This document shows, piece by piece, positions 60,187 through 64,000 of a stretch of 64,000 nucleotides of DNA. This stretch comes from Bacteroidota bacterium (GTDB taxonomy: Bacteria; Bacteroidota; Bacteroidia; Flavobacteriales_D; Sanyastnellaceae). How positions within the stretch are numbered: position 1 is the stretch's first letter; every line of letters starts with the position of its first letter. Location of the stretch: contig JAQCFW010000003.1 in NCBI GenBank assembly GCA_027619225.1, positions 22,834 through 86,833 on the forward strand. The letters run 5' to 3'. The translations under genes were made by a program, and so were the position numbers. The notes under the pieces were generated by a model that was given only the letters and a program-made list of their open reading frames with translations, did not search any database and was not told the DNA's origin.

Positions 60187-61797
60187 ATGGAATTTGCACT
60201 ACCTAAATCATCGAACAATCCAATCAAAGTAATTGGGGTTGGAGGCGGCGGATCGAACGCTGTCAATACAATGTTCAAACAAGGAATCAAAGGAGTGGAC
60301 TTTATTGTCTGCAACACTGACGCACAAGCACTAGATGTAAGCTCAGTACCTTTGAAAGTACAACTTGGAGCAACGTTAACTGAAGGCCAAGGCGCTGGAT
60401 CTATTCCGGAAGTAGGGAAAAATGCGGCTATTGAAAACCTTGATGACCTAATAACTCTTTTAGGCTCTGACACAAAAATGGTTTTCGTTACTGCAGGAAT
60501 GGGTGGCGGAACAGGAACAGGAGCAGGACCTGTAATTGCTAAAGCTTGTAGAGATCTGGGAATCCTAACTGTCGGAATTGTAACTGTACCATTCAAATTT
60601 GAAGGTAAAAAACGAGCTAATCAAGCTGACAGTGGGATAAAAAATATGAGGGAAGCTGTAGATACTCTTCTAGTAATACGCAACGATAAACTACGGGAGC
60701 TGTACGGCAATCAAACATTAAGGGCTGCCTTTAAAAATGCAGACCAAGTACTAAGCATTGCCGCGAAGGGGATTGCAGAGGTGATTACTCGAACAGGAGA
60801 AATAAATGTTGATATGAATGACGTGAATACCGTGATGCGTCAAAGTGGAAACGCAATCATGGGTTCTGGAATGGCGTCAGGAGAAGGTAGGGCTAAGAAC
60901 GCTGTGACTATAGCTCTTGAGAGTCCCCTTTTAAACGACAATGATATCATCGGAGCGAAGCATGTCCTTCTCAACATTACTATGGGACATGAAGAAATTC
61001 TTATGGATGAGATCATGGAGATTACAGATTACATCCAAGAGGCTGCAGGCCAAAATGCGGAAGTAATTTGGGGTTACGCTATGGATGAAGATCTAGAAGA
61101 GGATTTATGCATCACAGTAATCGCAACAGGCTTCGAAGCTCATGAAGTTAAGACAGGGGCAGCAGCCGTTGAAAAAGAAAAAATTACATACAATTTAGGT
61201 GACGAACCTAACGAAGTGACTGAACCTATTAATCGTGCAGTAAATTCTACTCCAGAAAAAACATCTGAAGAACTTCGCGAGCCGTTTGTGGTAAATCAAT
61301 CAGATTTGTTTGGCAATACAACTGAAGAAATAAGTTCTGAACGTGAGAGCTTAGAGGATAACATTAAGATAGAGGGAGATGTTGAAGAGGAACTCACGGG
61401 TGATCCTCAAGATATTGAAGCTGATTCTGAAGAAACTGAAAAGGAAGATGGATTGATCATCCACAACCTTGACGATGCTGCATTGGATAAAACTCCATCA
61501 GACACTTTTAGAAAGCCATTGGTAGATCAGAAAAGCAAAGAAGCATACGCTGCTCGCCAAAAGCAAACAAAAAAAATTCTAAGTGATATGAAAATTAAAC
61601 TTAGACTTCCGGGAAGGATTTCTGATTTAGAAAACGAGCCAGCTTACAAACGCAGAAATGTGATATTAGATGAAATCCAACATTCATCAGAATCTACAGC
61701 TAGTCGTTTCTCTGTTAATGAAGAAGTTGATGAAAATGGTGAACGCAGAATAGAACTACGTGATGACAATCCATTTCTTCACGATAACGTAGATTAA
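60187..61797 (+). CDS. ftsZ: Cell-division GTPase FtsZ
   Basis: GVGGGGSNAVN and the tubulin signature GMGGGTGTGAGPVIA. A ~200-aa acidic linker follows, then EPAYKRRN and the terminal NPFLHDNVD typical of Bacteroidota FtsZ. Confidence 0.97.
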   Translation: MEFALPKSSNNPIKVIGVGGGGSNAVNTMFKQGIKGVDFIVCNTDAQALDVSSVPLKVQLGATLTEGQGAGSIPEVGKNAAIENLDDLITLLGSDTKMVFVTAGMGGGTGTGAGPVIAKACRDLGILTVGIVTVPFKFEGKKRANQADSGIKNMREAVDTLLVIRNDKLRELYGNQTLRAAFKNADQVLSIAAKGIAEVITRTGEINVDMNDVNTVMRQSGNAIMGSGMASGEGRAKNAVTIALESPLLNDNDIIGAKHVLLNITMGHEEILMDEIMEITDYIQEAAGQNAEVIWGYAMDEDLEEDLCITVIATGFEAHEVKTGAAAVEKEKITYNLGDEPNEVTEPINRAVNSTPEKTSEELREPFVVNQSDLFGNTTEEISSERESLEDNIKIEGDVEEELTGDPQDIEADSEETEKEDGLIIHNLDDAALDKTPSDTFRKPLVDQKSKEAYAARQKQTKKILSDMKIKLRLPGRISDLENEPAYKRRNVILDEIQHSSESTASRFSVNEEVDENGERRIELRDDNPFLHDNVD

Positions 61798-62252
61798 TGT
61801 CAGGATTACATTCACAAATCTCAAGCGGTATCAAGGATGCTATGCGTGCAAAAGACAAAGTTAAACTAGCTACTTTAAGAGATGCTAAGTCAAAGTTTAT
61901 GCTTGAACAAAGTAAAACTGGGGCAACTGAAGATCTAAGTGACAGTGAAGCAATTAAGATTTTGAGCAAATTGTATAAGCAGAGGCTAGAAACCGCAGAA
62001 GTCTATAAATCTCAATCTAGAGAAGACCTTGCAGAAGACGAACTTGCCCAAGCGAAGGTCCTCAACGAATATCTACCAAGCGCATTAGACAACTCAGAGA
62101 TTGAATCAAAAGTTATAGAAATAATTTCTGAACTTGGCGCTTCTGGAATGGGCGATATGGGGAAAGTAATGGGTATTGCTTCCGCCGCTATGGCAGGTCG
62201 TGCAGACGGGAAAGTAATTTCTGGCTTCGTACGCAGCAATCTACTCAAGTAA
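61797..62252 (+). CDS. GatB/YqeY domain-containing protein
   Basis: 151 aa. Features are IKDAMRAKDKVKLATLRD, EDLAEDELAQAKVLNEYLP and GMGDMGKVMG. The start overlaps the ftsZ stop (TAATG). Confidence 0.85.
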   Translation: MSGLHSQISSGIKDAMRAKDKVKLATLRDAKSKFMLEQSKTGATEDLSDSEAIKILSKLYKQRLETAEVYKSQSREDLAEDELAQAKVLNEYLPSALDNSEIESKVIEIISELGASGMGDMGKVMGIASAAMAGRADGKVISGFVRSNLLK

Positions 62253-63239
62253 TATCCTGAGTTCTATCCCCGCTAAATTGGAAGTTAGATACCCTCTTGA
62301 AACGATTCTGTAATCACTTTCAAATAGGACCACTTGTTCTACCCAAATTGAATTCCCTACCCCTTTCGACCAATAAAGTCCAATATACCAGCCCGGTTTA
62401 TCTCTTTCAGGTTCTTTGTAGAGTCCGATTTCTGCAATCATCGGTATCGAAGCCCATCTAACTCTCCCGAGGTACGCTTCATAATTGCCAGTATTTACGT
62501 AAGAATCGGATGGCTTTATATCTACTCCAAATCCCGCCGTGGCAGATACAAAATACCCAAAACCCAGAGGCACTCTTGTTTCTGCAAAAATCGGGATTCT
62601 ATACCCCACAGTTGTTAATTTTGGTATGGTATCAAAATCGTTTATGGCCAAGGTGTCATTCTGGTAATGAAACTCAATAGAGTAATTCCTACGAACCCAT
62701 TGAATGCCTGATCCAAAACTCCAATTTTCTTTTAATCTATACTGAAGCCTCATTCCAAATTCTTGCCCAATTTTAGGAGACCAAACCGCAGTCAATCCCA
62801 AATCTTCAAACACTTCATCCTCTACACCCACCATTGAAAATGGTGTATTCATTCTCGCTAACACTGAGAGTTCCCAAACAGATTTAGCGGGGAAGGTCTG
62901 TGCGTTCACTTTTGTAGAAAGAGCGCCTAATATTGCCAACACCAGAAATATGCCAGTTATAAAAAGCAACAGCCAACGAAAAAATTTATTTGGAATGAAC
63001 GGAGACCTAATCTCAGCGTACAAAAGGTGATTTTGTCTTAGAGCTTCTTGAAAGTGAGTCCTTGGCACCCCAAATAAATATTTAGCACCATACTCGAGTT
63101 CATCATCCTCATGAAACTCAAAAGGGATGGCCTGATCTTCCAGTGAATCTCTGAAAATTACACTGTGATTCTCTTCTCGAAAAGAAAATACATAGTATCT
63201 ATTATCTGCAGGGTGAATAAAATAATTCGTTAACCTCAT
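62241..63239 (-). CDS. Hypothetical protein: ~90-aa N-terminal soluble domain, one hydrophobic helix, beta-strand-rich C-terminal domain
   Basis: 332-aa ORF with coding-like composition throughout. It has a hydrophobic helix WLLLFITGIFLVLAILGALSTKVNAQ, then an alternating-pattern sequence ending in GIELRILLE. I recognise no family. Confidence 0.5.
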   Translation of the reverse strand: MRLTNYFIHPADNRYYVFSFREENHSVIFRDSLEDQAIPFEFHEDDELEYGAKYLFGVPRTHFQEALRQNHLLYAEIRSPFIPNKFFRWLLLFITGIFLVLAILGALSTKVNAQTFPAKSVWELSVLARMNTPFSMVGVEDEVFEDLGLTAVWSPKIGQEFGMRLQYRLKENWSFGSGIQWVRRNYSIEFHYQNDTLAINDFDTIPKLTTVGYRIPIFAETRVPLGFGYFVSATAGFGVDIKPSDSYVNTGNYEAYLGRVRWASIPMIAEIGLYKEPERDKPGWYIGLYWSKGVGNSIWVEQVVLFESDYRIVSRGYLTSNLAGIELRILLE

Positions 63240-63270
63240 ATAAGTGCTAAGTTAACCCCACATTTGTAGT

Positions 63271-64000
63271 ATGCATACAATTCTTATCACAGGTGCTGGA
63301 ACTGGAATCGGAGCAGCTACTGCCCGAAAACTATCTGGCTTACAAAACGCTCGACTCATACTCGTTGGAAGAAGGAACTCTCCATTAGAAAAACTCCTTG
63401 AAACTCTAGAGAATAAGGAAAGACATAGAATTTATTCTATAGATATTTCAGACCCCAACTCACTCAAACAATTACTATCAGACCCATCTACTGGATTAAA
63501 GGAGCACCCTTTAGTGAACGTATTCGCAAATGCAGGAATAGGTGGCACAAATGATTTCTCTCACAATGAAAACGATAGATGGAGTGAAATTATTAATACA
63601 AACCTATCCGGAACTTACAACACATGTATGGCAAGCATCCCATGGTTACAAAAGGCTACTTCTGCAGGGATCTCAAATAAAAACATCGTCATTACTTCGA
63701 GCTGTCTTGCAAGATTTGGCGTACCACATCAATCGGCATACGTTGCATCTAAAACCGGCCTTCTCGGACTTGTTAGAAGTCTAGCTACAGAATATTCTCG
63801 AGAAGGGATCCTTATCAATGCTATTAATCCAGGGTGGGTAGATACCGATATGGCAAGATCAAGCATTCAAGCTATGGCAGATGGTGCTGGAGTAGATTAT
63901 AGTGTCATGCTTCAAGACCAAAAAGATCTTGTCCCTACAGGCCATTTCAGCTCCCCTGATGAGATCGCAGAACTCGTATCTTTCCTATTCTCCGGAGTAC
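63271..64000 (+). CDS. Short-chain dehydrogenase/reductase (SDR) family oxidoreductase; 3' end beyond the window
   Basis: Hand translation from the ATG at 63271 stays open to the window end. It gives MHTILITGAGTGIGAATA (TGxxxGIG), NAGIG, catalytic S..YVASK and the INPGWVDTDM region. Confidence 0.85.
   Translation, partial: MHTILITGAGTGIGAATARKLSGLQNARLILVGRRNSPLEKLLETLENKERHRIYSIDISDPNSLKQLLSDPSTGLKEHPLVNVFANAGIGGTNDFSHNENDRWSEIINTNLSGTYNTCMASIPWLQKATSAGISNKNIVITSSCLARFGVPHQSAYVASKTGLLGLVRSLATEYSREGILINAINPGWVDTDMARSSIQAMADGAGVDYSVMLQDQKDLVPTGHFSSPDEIAELVSFLFSGV

Noticed and set aside
60183-60596. 137-aa minus-strand ORF, Pro/Gly/Ala-rich.
   Set aside because: It is the antisense shadow of the Gly-rich core of ftsZ. 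The same reasoning applies to the other long antisense ORFs inside carB, groEL, gldM, murE, mraY and the hydrolase at 45320-45700.
46332-61797. Absence of murF and ddl from the dcw cluster.
   Set aside because: The order mraZ-rsmH-ftsL-ftsI-murE-mraY-murD-ftsW-murG-murC-ftsQ-ftsA-ftsZ without murF/ddl is the normal Bacteroidota arrangement, not a deletion.

Overview
This 64 kb window reads as densely packed, moderately AT-rich core chromosome from a member of the Bacteroidota, most likely the Flavobacteriia. The lineage call rests on the gliding/type IX secretion (T9SS) genes (porP-gldK-gldL-gldM-gldN and gldB-gldC), on T9SS C-terminal sorting tails, on the Bacteroidota-type dcw order without murF/ddl, and on a TAnnTTTG -7 promoter box.

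I support about 57 coding regions.
- Left third: a long minus-strand run from carB down to a ThiF-like gene at the window edge.
- Next: a bacterial GGGP-synthase homologue, then a TPP riboswitch in front of a TonB-dependent receptor and a secreted agmatine-deiminase-family enzyme.
- Next: the conserved block miaB / sigma-54 activator / lptE-like / secG / groES-groEL / ABC ATPase / rsgA, then topA.
- Middle: the T9SS core operon, an ABC-F ATPase, rluD, a T9SS cargo protein, a PASTA protein, purL, dtd, nadE, gldBC and engB.
- Right third: a complete dcw cluster (mraZ-rsmH-ftsL-ftsI-murE-mraY-murD-ftsW-murG-murC-ftsQ-ftsA-ftsZ).

I found no rRNA, tRNA, CRISPR array, transposase, integrase or other mobile-element signature. 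The only RNA element I can support is the TPP riboswitch.

I do not see a self-evident new multi-gene system; this is not an accessory island. The observations most worth a second look are:
1. The TPP-riboswitch / TonB receptor / secreted pentein-fold enzyme unit.
2. An arginase-fold protein that has lost its metal-ligand residues and sits at the head of the porP-gldKLMN operon.
3. The archaeal-type GGGP synthase translationally coupled to an alpha/beta hydrolase.
4. A four-box, 10-bp-phased GTGGTA array upstream of mraZ.
5. A shared palindromic 12-mer on both sides of topA.
6. A sensor-less sigma-54 activator.

All calls come from reading the translations and the DNA by eye. No database search or exhaustive motif scan was possible.
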